Assembly: GCA_002269645.1 (NCBI GenBank)
Contig: NIVC01002792.1
Location: 1 to 64,000, forward strand
Length of the DNA stretch: 64,000 nucleotides
Reading direction: 5' to 3'
Source: Macrostomum lignano
Taxonomy: Eukaryota
Of the stretch, positions 50,830-63,611 are shown piece after piece (the first letter of the stretch is position 1; each line of letters begins with the position of its first letter). The notes beneath the pieces are model-generated. The model saw only the letters and a list, made by a program, of their open reading frames with translations, had not been told where the DNA came from and searched no databases. A program made the translations under genes and the position numbers.

Positions 50830-51530
50830 CTGTCTCAGCGTGTAGAGCAGGATCCCACTGAAGATGCAGTTGAGCACTGAGCTGCAGATTTTGGCCAGAA
50901 TGCCGTAGATGTACATATTCAGCGTCTCCATGTGCGCCCGCATCACCCAGGGCTTCACCTCGAACCACCAGCTGTTAGTGCCGTTCTGGCCGAGATTGTG
51001 CAGCCGGAACATGAAGGAGTTCGGCAGCGTGGCCAGCAGGGAAATCGCTCCGACGACCAGCATGCAGTGCCGCACGCGCCGCATGCTGCACCAGGCGGGC
51101 CCGTCGGCTGGAAAGTACACCACCACGAAGCGGAAGAAGGCCAGCGCCACCGTCAGCAGAGTGCCGACCATGTGACTGGTGATTGACAGCACGTTGTGCA
51201 CCAGGATGAGCTGGATGCCCAGCCTGGAGTGCCCGGTGCCGGGCGCGGGCTTGGTGGCGATGTACAGATACATGGCGTAGTAGGTGTAGGTGGCCATCTT
51301 CAGCATGTCGCTGACGGCTATGCCGATGAGGATCAGGTTGAAGGGGTTGCGCATGCCCGGCCGGGTGAGGGTGGAGATCACGGCGCAGTTGAGCAGCAGG
51401 CCGACTATGCAGATGGCGGAGCTCAGGTAGCCGTGTACCTCGGTCAGGGCCGACTCGAACCGAAGCAGCAGAGTCGAGTTGTAGCCGCTGCAGTCCTGCC
51501 AAATCTGACCAAAGGAAACATCGCTGCTGC

Positions 51531-51564
<34 letters not shown>

Positions 51565-51651
51565 TGACAGCATTGCCAGCCTGTGAATCTCCTGCGAATG
51601 GCTGTAGAAGTGACTCTGTCCAGTGCATCCAGCAGGCTGTCTGTCTGCCAT
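50830..51651 (-). CDS. Myosuppressin/DMSR-like peptide GPCR, exon 1 (N-terminus, TM1-TM5)
   Basis: Reads VHGYLSSAICIVGLLLNCAVISTLTRPGMRNPFNLILIGIAVSDML and TLLTVALAFFRFVVV. Donor CAG|GTACCA at 50829. Confidence 0.88.
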
Positions 51652-51799
51652 GTGCTGGGTGTGTTTGCTTTATCTAAGCCCGGCTGTTCGGCCCTCCCAG
51701 CAACCATTGGCTCCCACTAACGGACCCCTCGCACCGCTCTCACCTTGACTTTGGGAGGAGGGTGGGAATCTAGGATTGATGGCGGAGTGACCCTCGTGC

Positions 51800-52065
51800 C
51801 GTGAGCAGACAGACGGCGGAGTGACCCCATGAGCAGACAGACGGCAGAGTGACCCCGTGAGCAGACAGACGGCAGAGTGACCCCGTGAGCAGACAGACGG
51901 CAGAGTGACCCCGTGAGCAGACAGATGGCAGAGTGACCCCGTGAGCAGACAGACGGCAGAGTGACCCAGTGAGCAGACAGACGGCAGAGTGACCCCGTGA
52001 GAAGACAGACGGCAGAGTGACCCCGTGAGCAGACAGATGGCGGAGTGACCCCGTGAGCGGACAGA
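51800..52065. repeat. 28-bp minisatellite (GAGCAGACAGACGGCAGAGTGACCCCGT)n
   Basis: Direct reading. Confidence 0.93.
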
Positions 52066-52226
52066 TAGCAGAGGTTTGGGAAATTCAGTTCAAATAAGGG
52101 ATCTAATTCCTTCCTTTGCCCACGCACACGTGGCTGATCCATGGACAGTTAACAATTAGTGATCCTTGGCCAGGCAGCGAGCTTAAGTCGGATGTCTTGT
52201 TCATCAAGGAAGTGACATGGCATCGA

Positions 52227-53400
52227 GATCATCCAGGTCGAGATCGTCCTGCTGTACAACGCCGAGACTTAAACGTCAATTGTTTTTTGTTGTCGCACCG
52301 TTTTCGTTTTTATTATTATTGTTGTTGTTTTCTAAGAAGCCGGGCACCACAAGGCTGGAGGAGCATCGAGGCATCTGCTGCTGGATCCGTGCCTGCGTCC
52401 TGAGCAGAACGGCTTCCGGCCCCATCGCGGCACAGTGACGCAGATTCTGGCTCTTCGGCGAGTCATCGATCATCGAGTCACCTGATTATCATCTTCATTG
52501 ATTTCAAGAAGGCATTCGACTCGGTCGTCAGGTCTGTACTTCTAAAGGTGCTCTGTGCGTACAATGTGCAATGAGCAGTTTGTCTCTGCCATCATGGCGA
52601 TGTACCGCAATACAAAAGCTGCTCTTTCAACACAGGACGGCCTATCGGAATTCTTTGAGACATCCTCCGGGGTGCTTCAGGGAGATACTCTTGCGCCGTT
52701 CCTGTTCGTTCTGGTGCTTGACTGGGTGCTGCGGACTGCTCTCCCTTCTGACAACGACGGCTTCCTGCTGCAACGACGCGTGGGTCGACGCCAACCGGAG
52801 AGGCGACTCAGCGTGCTCGGCTACGCTGATGATCTCGCCCTGCTGTCCTCGACCGTCGAGGGCGCCCAGCGCCAGCTGGACCGGCTGATGAGCGTTGCGG
52901 CGAGTGTCGGCCTGGGGGTCAACACACAGAAGACCGTCGTGCTCTGCGTGCCGGACGACATCGAGGCTGCGATTTTCTGCCGAGGCGCTGACGGACAGGT
53001 GACGAGGCTTTCGCGCTGTCAGCAGTTCGTCTACCTCGGCACTGAGGGCGGCGCTGTTCCAGGCGGTGATCGAGACCATCCTGTTGTACAACGCCGAGAC
53101 CTGGACGTTGACAGATTCGCTCGAACAGCAGGTCTGCTGCGCGCCGCCTTCAAGATCGGCTACGAGCGAGTGACGAACGCGGCACTCTATCGCCGCAACG
53201 GCCTGTCCCGTCTCAGCAAACTGTTGCGCCATCGGCAACTCCAGCTGGCAGGCCACATCATCTGAGCCGAGTCGTACTGCCCGCAGCCGGTGCAGGAGGT
53301 GCTGCTGCTGACGCTGCAGGCACCCTACCGGCGGGGGCAGGCGCGCACTCGGCGTTTCGTCGACTGCCTGCTGGCTGATGCCGGCGCCCCGGACACTGCC
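52227..53400 (+). mobile_element. Decayed, internally rearranged RTE-like reverse transcriptase fragment
   Basis: FIDFKKAFDS, GVLQGDTLAPFLF, LGYADDLALL and VIETILLYNAETW motifs. The LLYNAET segment also occurs out of order at ~52240-52270. Confidence 0.85.
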
Positions 53401-53504
53401 GGCGTGTCCAAACGTTCCAAACGTTTGTGCCCCGGCCCTTAATTAAATGCGCCCTGTGACATTTTCCCACGCTTGATTGACTGAAAGCGTATTCTGTTGT
53501 TTGT

Positions 53505-53805
53505 AGTCACTTTTCTATTTTGTTGTTTTTGTTGTTGCGTTGTTGTTATTGTTGTTGTTTTTAGTGTTGTTTTGTTGTTATTGTTGTTGTCTTTGTTGTT
53601 GCGTTGTTGTTATTGTTGTTGTTTTTGTTGTTGTGTTGTTGTTGTTGTTGTTGTTTTGAGTGTTGTGTTGTTGTTGTTGTTGTTGTTTTTAGTGTTGCGT
53701 TGTTGTTATTGTTGTTGTTGTTTTTAGTGTTGCGTTGTTGTTATTGTTGTTGTTTTTAGTGTTGCGTTGTTGTTATTGTTGTTGTTTTTAGTGTTGCGTT
53801 GTTCT
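53505..53805. repeat. (TTG)n-rich microsatellite
   Basis: Direct reading. Confidence 0.92.
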
Positions 53806-54227
53806 TATCAACGTTTAATGAGCTTCTGAACAATAATAGATCGCATACGGGTGAGTATTATTCTATTTTGTGCAAAACAGTTTGCTCGCAAATGGTTAAA
53901 AATAATAATTTTGAACTTGTGTCCGTCCATGAGTAAATCCGACAAACCTAAATTATTTGTTTACTTTTTCCATACTGTATAGCACTTTCGTATTTTAATT
54001 TGTTTTGCTTTAACTTTCGTAACACAATGATACGAGTTAGTGATAAAAAGTTTAACGCCAACGCAGCACGGTTTCAAAGTGGACTACTTTCAGTAGCATA
54101 GTGCGTGATCGAAGAATATAGAAATCAGAAAGGCGACCAGCATTTAGAAGTAAATTTACAATAGAGATGAGCCACGAAGTGGGACTGCCCGAAACTGCTT
54201 TTAAATAGGCTTTTCCTATTAGTCGAC

Positions 54228-56186
54228 CCGCTAAAATCCTGAAGCTTACCCGCTAAAATCCTAAAGCTTACCCACTAAAATCCTGAAGCTGACCCACTAT
54301 AATCCTAAAGCTTACCCACTATAATCCTAAAGCTGACCCACTAAACTCCTGAAGCTGACCCACTAAAATCCTGAAGCTGACCCACTAAACTCCTGAAGCT
54401 GACCCACTAAACTCCTGAAGCTGACCCACTAAAATCCTGAAGCTGACCCACTAAAATCCTGAAGCTGACCCACTAAACTCCTGAAGCTGACCCACTAAAA
54501 TCCTGAAGCTGACCCACTAAAATCCTGAAGCTGACCCACTAAAATCCTGAAGCTTACCCACTAAAATCCTGAAGCTTACCCACTAAAATCCTGAAGCTGA
54601 CCCACTAAAATCCTGAAGCTTACCCGCTAAAATCCTGAAGCTGACCCACTATAATCCTATAGCTGACCCACTATAATCCTAAAGCTGACCCACTATAATC
54701 CTATAGCTGACCCACTATAATCCTATAGCTGACCCACTATAGTCCTAAAGCTGACCCACTATAATCCTATGGCTGACCCACTATAATCCTATAGCTGACC
54801 CACTATAATCCTAAAGCTGACCCACTATAATCCTATAGCTGACCCACTATAATCCTACAGCTGACCCACTATAATCCTATAGCTGACCCACTATAATCCT
54901 GAAGCTGACCCACTACAATTCTGAAGCTGACCCATTATAATCCTGCAGCTGACCTACTATAATCCTATAGCTGACCCACTATAATCATATAGCTGACCCA
55001 CTATAATCCTATAGCTGACCCACTATAATCCTGCAGCTGATCCACTATAATCCTATAGCTGACCCACTATAATCCTGCAGCTGATCCACTATAATCCTAT
55101 AGCTGACCCACTATAATCCTACCATAGCTGTCGCTGATCCACTATAATCCTGCAGCTGACCCACTATAATCCTATAGCTGACCCACTATAATCATACAGC
55201 TGACCCACTATAATCCTATAGCTGACCCACTATAATCCTGAAGCTGACCCACTACAATTCTGAAGCTGACCCATTAAAATCCTTCAGCTGACCCATTATA
55301 ATCATATAGATGACCCACTATAATCATATAGCTGACCCACTATAATCATATAGCTGACCCACTATATTCATATAGCTGACCCACTACAATCCTATAACTG
55401 ACCCACTATAATCATATAGCTGACCCACTATAATCCTATAGCTGACCCATTATAATCATATAGCTGACCCACTATAATCATATAGCTGACCCACTATAAT
55501 CCTATAGCTGACCCACTATAATCCTATAGCTGACCCACTATAATCCTATAGCTGACCCACTATAATCATATAGCTGACCCACTATAATCCTATAGCTGAT
55601 CCACTATAATCATATAGCTGACCCACTATAATCCTATAGTTGACCCACTATAATCATATAGCTGACCCACTATAATCCTATAGCTGACCCACTATAATCC
55701 TATAGCTGACCCACTACAATTCTGAAGCTGACCCATTATAATCCTGCAGCTGACCCATTATAATCCTGCAGCTGACCCATTATAATCCTATAGCTGACCC
55801 ACTATAATCCTATAGTTGACCCACTATAATCATATAGCTGACCCACTATAATCCTATAGCTGACCCACTACAATTCTGAAGCTGACCCATTATAATCCTG
55901 CAGCTGACCCATTATAATCCTGCAGCTGACCCATTATAATCCTATAGCTGACCCACTATAATCCTGCAGCTGACCCATTATAATCCTACTATAGCTGACC
56001 CACGATAATCCTGCAGCTGACCCATTATAATCCTACTATAGCTGACCCACTAAAAATCCTGCAGCTGACCCATTATAATCCTGCAGCTGACCCATTTTAA
56101 TCCTGCAGCTGACCCATTTTAATCCTGCAGCTGACCCATTTTAATCCTGCAGCTGACCCATTTTAATCCTATAGCTGACCCACTAT
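54228..56186. repeat. 22-bp minisatellite (CCTATAGCTGACCCACTATAAT)n with a variant gradient
   Basis: Period 22 read directly. Confidence 0.96.
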
Positions 56187-56222
56187 ACTAATACTAAATT
56201 CGAGCACTCGAAGGCAGGTGAA

Positions 56223-56736
56223 TCACCGCCGGTCAGTCTGTTGTGGCTGATTCCGAAAATAACTGACAGCCAGGTAGAGAAACTCGAGAATCTCCACTAG
56301 ACAGGCCATGGTGAGGCCCAGGTACAGTGAGCACAGGCCCCCGATGCGGCTGACCAGAGCCTCGAAGGTCACCGTCAGCTTCTCCTCCCGTCGCACCGTG
56401 TTAAAGCTCTTCCGCCTCACAACCACGTAGGCGAAGTTCTTGGCTACGTTGTGCCCGGAGCCGCGCGGAATATCGCTCAGGTTTTCCAGGCTTAAGTAGG
56501 CCATGATGGAGCGGAGGCTGGACTGTCTGAAGCTGGCATTTTGGCTGCCGTCTTTGAAATTGATCCAGCTGTGCGACTGGTTCAGCATCCAGTGCAGCTG
56601 GAAGTCCGAGGCTCGCCAGCGGGTGATTGACAGCTCCTTCTCGAAGTAGAACTTTTTGCAGCGCTTCAGACACGGCCCGCCTTCCAGCCGGCTGCGCTCC
56701 ACCTTCCAGTCAATTTTGCTCAGGCAGAACAGGTGT
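56223..56736 (-). CDS. DEG/ENaC/ASIC-family channel, last exon (thumb Cys, palm, TM2)
   Basis: Reads CLKRCKKFYFEKELSITRW ... EEKLTVTFEALVSRIGGLCSLYLGLTMACLVEILEFLY. Acceptor CCCAG| at 56737-56738, in phase with the upstream exon. Confidence 0.88.
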
Positions 56737-56782
56737 CTGGGATGCGGGCGGGGAACTGTTTCTCTGCTCAAATATGGACTCA

Positions 56783-57150
56783 GAGATCCCAATCAGACAA
56801 TCATTAATCCCAATCAGATACTCATTGATCCCAACTAGATAATCATTGATTCCAATCAGATACTCATTGATCCCAATCAGATACTCACTGATCCCAATCA
56901 GATACTCACTGATACCAATCAGATACTCACTGATCCCAATCAGATACTCACTGATCCCAATCAGATACTCACTGATTCCAATCAGATACTCATTGATCCC
57001 AATCAGATACTCACTGATACCAATCAGATACTTATTGATTCCAATCAGATACTTATTGATCCCAATTCGACAATCACAGATCCCAACTGGATAATCATTG
57101 ATCCCAATCAGATACTCACTGATCCCATTCGAATACCCACTGATCCCAAA
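56783..57150. repeat. 21-bp intronic minisatellite (TGATCCCAATCAGATACTCAC)n
   Basis: Period 21 read directly. Confidence 0.93.
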
Positions 57151-57679
57151 GCTACTGCTATGAGTAGATGATCGCTATGAGCGATTTGCTATCGTTTTGT
57201 ACTTCTCTACACTTTCGCACTTTCCATGTATAGTATATAAGACTGGTTTGTGTTTGAGAGCAGCTGAAAGGGGGAAAGGAAGGGAGGGAGGGTGTCAAGT
57301 CATCCCTCACTACCTATGTCGATAAAAACAGACTGAGTCAGCTCAAAATGCAGTAGTCACAAATCTTTATTGGCAGCTGGATGTGGATGTGGGCCATCAG
57401 TGGTCAGTGATGAGCGCCGCATAGTAAAAAAATTGTTTGCTTAATTAGAAAAGCGGATGTCACTCGAGCAGAATTTTTTATTGCCTAGCTAGAACAAAAC
57501 GATTATTCCCATTGGGGCTCGGGATCTATCAGCTACCAGCGCGCTGATTACCCAAGAGAGATCCTCACGAAATGGCTGATCAACTCGTGCCTGCAATCGT
57601 ACTGCTTCTGTGCTGCAGCTGCTCTCGAAATTGTAAGCTAAAAAGACAATTCTAATGTGGGTGGCTTTAATGTTAATTA

Positions 57680-59655
57680 GTCTCAGATTGGCATCAATCA
57701 GTTATCAGATTGGGATTAATCATTTATCAGATTGTGATCAATCAGTTATCAGATTGGGATCAATCAGTTATCAGATTGGGATCAATCAGTTATCAGATTG
57801 GGATCAATCAGTTATCAGATTGGGATTAATCAGTTATCAGATTGGGATCAATCAGTTATCAGATTGGGATCAATCAGTTATCAGATTGGGATCAATCAGT
57901 TATCAGATTGGGATCAATCAGTTATCAGATTCGGATTAATCATTTATCAGATTGGGATCAATCAGTTATCAGATTGGGATCAATCAGTTATCAGATTGTG
58001 ATCAATCAGTTATCAGATTGGGATCAATCAGTTATCAGATTGGGATCAATCAGTTATCAGATTGGGATTAATCAGTTATCAGATTGGGATCAATCAGTTA
58101 TCAGATTGGGATTAATCAGTTATCAGATTGGGATCAATCAGTTATCAGATTGGGATTAATCAGTTATCAGATTGGGATCAATCAGTTATCAGATTGGGAT
58201 CCATCAGTTATCAGATTGGGATCAATCAGTTATCAGATTGGGATTAATCATTTATCAGATTGTGATCAATCAGTTATCAGATTGGGATCAATCAGTTATC
58301 AGATTGGGATCCATCAGTTATCAGATTGTGATCAATCAGTTATCAGATTGGGATCAATCAGTTATCAGATTGGGATCCATCAGTTATCAGATTGGGATCA
58401 ATCAGTTATCAGATTGGGATCAATCAGTTATCAGATTGGGATCAATAAATTATCAGATTGTGATCAATCAGTTATCAGATTCGGATTAATCATTTATCAG
58501 ATTGGGATCAATCAGTTATCAGATTGGGATTAATCATTTATCAGATTGTGATCAATCAGTTATCAGATTGAGATCAATCAGTTATCAGATTGGGATTAAT
58601 CAGTTATCAGATTGGGATCAATCAGTTATCAGATTGGGATTAATCAGTTATCAGATTGGGATCAATCAGTTATCAGATTGGGATCCATCAGTTATCAGAT
58701 TGGGATCAATCAGTTATCAGATTGGGATTAATCATTTATCAGATTGTGATCAATCAGTTATCAGATTGGGATCAATCAGTTATCAGATTGGGATCCATCA
58801 GTTATCAGATTGTGATCAATCAGTTATCAGATTGGGATCAATCAGTTATCAGATTGGGATCAATCAGTTATCAGATTGTGATCAATCAGTTATCAGATTG
58901 GGATCAATCAGTTATCAGATTGGGATCAATCAGTTATCAGATTAGGATCCATCAGTTATCAGATTGGGATTAATCATTTATCAGATTGTGATCAATCAGT
59001 TATCAGATTGTGATCAATCAGTTATCAGATTGTGATCAATCAGTTATCAGATTGGGATCAATCAGTTATCAGATTGGGATCAATCAGTTATCAGATTGGG
59101 ATCAATCATTTATCAGATTGGGATTAATCAGTTATCAGATTGGGATCCATCAGTTATCAGATTGGGATTAATCATTTATCAGATTGTGATCAATCAGTTA
59201 TCAGATTGGGATTAATCATTTATCAGATTGTGATCAATCAGTTATCAGATTGGGATCAATCAGTTATCAGATTGGGATCAATCAGTTATCAGATTGGGAT
59301 TAATCATTTATCAGATTGTGATCAATCAGTTATCAGATTGGGATCAATCAGTTATCAGATTGGGATCAATCAGTTATCAGATTGGGATCAATCAGTTATC
59401 AGATTGGGATCAATCAGTTATCAGATTGGGATCAATCCGTTATCGGATTGGGATCAATCAGTTATCAGATTGGGATCAATCAGTTATCAGATTGTGATCA
59501 ATCAGTTATCAGATTGGGATCAATCAGTTATCAGATTGGGATCAATCAGTTATCAGATTGGGATCAATAAATTATCAGATTGGGATCAATCAGTCTCAGA
59601 TTGGGATCAATCAGTCTCAGATTGGGATCAATCAGTCTCAGACTGGGATCAATCA
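57680..59655. repeat. 22-bp intronic minisatellite (GGGATCAATCAGTTATCAGATT)n
   Basis: Period 22 read directly. Confidence 0.97.
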
Positions 59656-59694
59656 GCTTCATTTTAAAACCGCAGCCTAATCGCAATGTCTCAC

Positions 59695-59970
59695 TTTAGG
59701 AAGTGGGTGGGATCCTTCTGGTCAAGCGTGCCGCAGTAGGGCACGCCGCCGCTGAGCAGGCCTCGCGGCCTGGGGTACCTGGAGATGATGCAGCCGCACC
59801 GGTGCAGGGCCAGCGCGTTCATCTCCTGACGCACGCAGGCCTCGAAGAATAGGAGTACGTGCTGTTCAGGTCGGCGATGCTCGGGCTGTCCGCGTTGTGG
59901 CACGGGTCCTTGGGACAGTCCTCCGCCTCCTGCCACAGAACCGTGTCGAAGGAAACCTCCACCATCTTGC
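59695..59970 (-). CDS. DEG/ENaC channel, internal exon (Cys-rich thumb; one frameshift near 59845)
   Basis: Acceptor CCGCAG| at 59971-59972. Reads KDPCHNADSPSIADLNSTYSYS(F)EACVRQEMNALALHRCGCIISRYP..PYC. Donor AA|GTGAGA at 59694. Confidence 0.8.
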
Positions 59971-59994
59971 CTGCGGACAAGATCGGATAACGAT

Positions 59995-60114
59995 CTGGAT
60001 AATTCTAGTCTGGAGATCGGGATAATTCTAGTCTGGGGATCGGGATAATTCTAGTCTGGAGATCGGGATAATTCTAGTCTGGGGATTGGGATAATTCTAG
60101 TCTGGGGATTGGGA
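59995..60114. repeat. 23-bp minisatellite running into the gap
   Basis: AATTCTAGTCTGGRGATYGGGAT repeats. Confidence 0.9.
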
Positions 60115-60589
60115 NNNNNNNNNNNNNNNNNNNNNNNNNNNNNNNNNNNNNNNNNNNNNNNNNNNNNNNNNNNNNNNNNNNNNNNNNNNNNNNNNNNNNN
60201 NNNNNNNNNNNNNNNNNNNNNNNNNNNNNNNNNNNNNNNNNNNNNNNNNNNNNNNNNNNNNNNNNNNNNNNNNNNNNNNNNNNNNNNNNNNNNNNNNNNN
60301 NNNNNNNNNNNNNNNNNNNNNNNNNNNNNNNNNNNNNNNNNNNNNNNNNNNNNNNNNNNNNNNNNNNNNNNNNNNNNNNNNNNNNNNNNNNNNNNNNNNN
60401 NNNNNNNNNNNNNNNNNNNNNNNNNNNNNNNNNNNNNNNNNNNNNNNNNNNNNNNNNNNNNNNNNNNNNNNNNNNNNNNNNNNNNNNNNNNNNNNNNNNN
60501 NNNNNNNNNNNNNNNNNNNNNNNNNNNNNNNNNNNNNNNNNNNNNNNNNNNNNNNNNNNNNNNNNNNNNNNNNNNNNNNNNNNNNNNNN
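60115..60589. other. Assembly gap (N run)
   Basis: Ns in the sequence. Confidence 1.
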
Positions 60590-60634
60590 CAAATCGATGA
60601 GGGATATTGGGCCTGCAGCTGCTGCCTGTTCGCA

Positions 60635-61525
60635 ATTGGATTGCTAATCTAGCCAACCATGGATTTGCTAATACAATGGATTGCTAATCTAGCCAATCAT
60701 GGATTAGCTAATACAATGGATTGCTAATCTAGCCAATCATGGATTAGCTAATACATTGGATTGCTAATCTAGCCAACCATGGATATATAATACAATGGAT
60801 TGCTAATCTAGCCAATCATGGATTTGCTAATACAATGGATTGCTAATCTAGCCAATCATGGATTAGCTAATACAATGGATTGCTAATCTAGCCAATCATG
60901 GATTTGCTAATACAATGGATTGCTAATCTAGCCAATCATGGATTTGCTAATACAATGGATTGCTAATCTAGCCAATCATGGATTAGCTAATACAATGGAT
61001 TGCTAATCTAGCCAATCATGGATTTGCTAATACAATGGATTGCTAATCTAGCCAATCATGGATTTGCTAATACAATGGATTGCTAATCTAGCCAATCATG
61101 GATTTGCTAATACAATGGATTGCTAATCTAGCCAATCATGGATTAGCTAATACATTGGATTGCTAATCTAGCCAATCATCGATTAGCTAATACAATGGAT
61201 TGCTAATCTAGCCAATCATGGATTTTGCTAATACAATGGATTGCTAATCTAGCCAATCATGGATTTGCTAATACAATGGATTGCTAATCTAGCCAATCAT
61301 GGATTTGCTAATACAATGGATTGCTAATCTAGCCAATCATGGATTTGCTAATACAATGGATTGCTAATCTAGCCAATCATGGATTAGCTAATACAATGGA
61401 TTGCTAATCTAGCCAATCATGGATTAGCTAATACAATGGATTGCTAATCTAGCCAACCAATGGATTAGCTAATACAATAGATCGCTAAATCTAGCCAATC
61501 ATGGATTAGCTAATACAATGGATTT
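60635..61525. repeat. 40-bp minisatellite (two GGATT-GCTAAT subunits)
   Basis: Period 40 read directly. Confidence 0.95.
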
Positions 61526-61814
61526 CAGCTCAAGCAACAGCAGCGGTAAGAAATCACTCACGACTTTTTCTTCCGCTTCGTATTCACGGAGCCGATTTCG
61601 CTCTGCAGGATGGCCAAGTCAATGTTGTCTTCTGCAGCTGCTTGATGAACTTTTTGTTGTTCATCCAGCCGAACTGGTAGGAGTACCTGCGGGCCGGTGA
61701 CAGCTTGACATTCAAATGTACCTTCTTTGCTTCAGAATGCGAATCGTTGAAATTTTGATTCTTTATGTCCTGCTTTCGGCTTGGATTTGGTTTGCTTGTG
61801 TTATGAATCATGCT

Positions 61815-62150
61815 GATAACCAGCACTGTACATTGCGTCTATAGATAACCAGCACTGTACATTGCGTCTATAGATAACCAGCACTGTACATTGCGTCTAT
61901 AGATAACCAGCACTGTACATTGTGTCCATAGATGACTAGCACTGTACATTGCGTCTATAGATAACCAGCACATTGTGTCCATAGATGACTAGCACTGTAC
62001 ATTGCGTCTATAGATAACCAGCACTGTACATTGTGTCCATAGATGACTAGCACTGTACATTGCGTCTATAGATAACCAGCACATTGTGTCCATAGATGAC
62101 TAGCACTGTACATTGTGTCTATTATGTCTATAGATAAGCAGCACTTTACA
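61815..62150. repeat. ~29-bp minisatellite (GATAACCAGCACTGTACATTGCGTCTATA)n
   Basis: Direct reading. Confidence 0.9.
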
Positions 62151-62611
62151 ATGTGTCTAAAGATAAGCAGTAATTTTAATCACAAGTCAGTTTTCAGTCA
62201 TATTCACAGTTAAAGTTCAGTTTTATAAAGTTAAGGCTGGAAATTCAGTCATCAAGTGCACATTGCCCCACACACTGCTGAGTTCTTCGCTGGCCTCTGA
62301 GACTTTGGCAGACGCTTAGAATTCGACTGCAGCCTCCTCAGCTCCCGCAGCCCCAGGCAACCTCAGCTGACCCCGAAAAAGAAAAACATCAGCCGGAGGG
62401 GGCAAACAAACGGCCGAAGAAGCGATGCCGTGATTGAGTGGGGCTTGGGGCGATCGCGGAGCTTCAAGCTCCGCTGGGAAGAACGGGGACAGCAATTATG
62501 CGTTACCCCGGATCCCGGCGGCATCCCCGACCGTCGGGGACTCGGCTGTTTGCGGATTCCGCTAGGAGCTTCTGAGTGGCGATCAAAGATTATAGCACAG
62601 GCCTTCACAAA

Positions 62612-62781
<170 letters not shown>

Positions 62782-63611
62782 TGCAAAAGTGTGCTCACCC
62801 TTATTTAGTCCCCAGCACTTTAACACCCAGAATGAGCAGCAGCTAAGAGAGGAAAGGCCTTAACAGGGGCTACAATAGACTGGGCAATGCTGTGAGTTTC
62901 ATGTATCTTTCGCTTCAACGATCTTCACACGGCTTCCGCTCCGTGCCATTCTAGGTTAAAACTGCCCGGGTTTTCAATAAAACTTGCTTAAAGTTTAACG
63001 AAAAGAAGAGAAATGTGAGCGCAAATCGGGAGTGTTTCGCGTCTGGATCAGCGAGCCGAAGCGTCTGGACTTCAAGCTGAGTTGGCAGGCCTTGCGATTC
63101 CCCAAACAACCCAAAGAGTGCGCGCGGCGCCTCGAACTTTCAAATAAACAGCGTCGTAAAGCCGCAGCAGCAGCAGCAGCAGCAACTGCGTGCTGCAGAG
63201 AAAGCAGAAGAAAGCCATTTTAGTATCCACCCAGAGTTCCAGAGCGCGCAACGGTGGAAATGTGTCCCCCCAAAATATTTTTTGCTTGCTGCATCCTCTG
63301 CGCCCGGTGCAGCTGCGCAGAAAGCTGCTGGCACAGCGGATCCCCAGGCCTGCCCGCCCCCGCCCTGGGTGTCCAGCTGGTGCTGATAGCCGCTGGTCTG
63401 AAAATGATGCGCTGTCGCTCCAGCCCCGGCTGCCAGGGGGGGGGAGAGCTCTCGGGTCGGAGGAGAAACCCGAATTGTGGAAAAATATTTACTTAGAAGG
63501 AAAAAATTCTACAGGTGCTCCGGGACGGCAGAGAATCGTAATTAAGATGAAGTGGAAGCTGCTTCGCTGTGTGGTAAAGTAAATGAGACAGGTTTGACTT
63601 CATGGAAAAGT

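Noticed and set aside
61564-61686. Possible upstream DEG/ENaC exon (YSYQFGWMNNKK.../EDNIDLAILQSEIG...)
   Set aside because: AG and GT boundaries exist but the frame is broken, and the N gap prevents checking phase; identity not established.
63000-63550. GC-rich ORF-like region as a DEG/ENaC first exon or another gene
   Set aside because: No frame shows the conserved HG motif or another recognisable domain.
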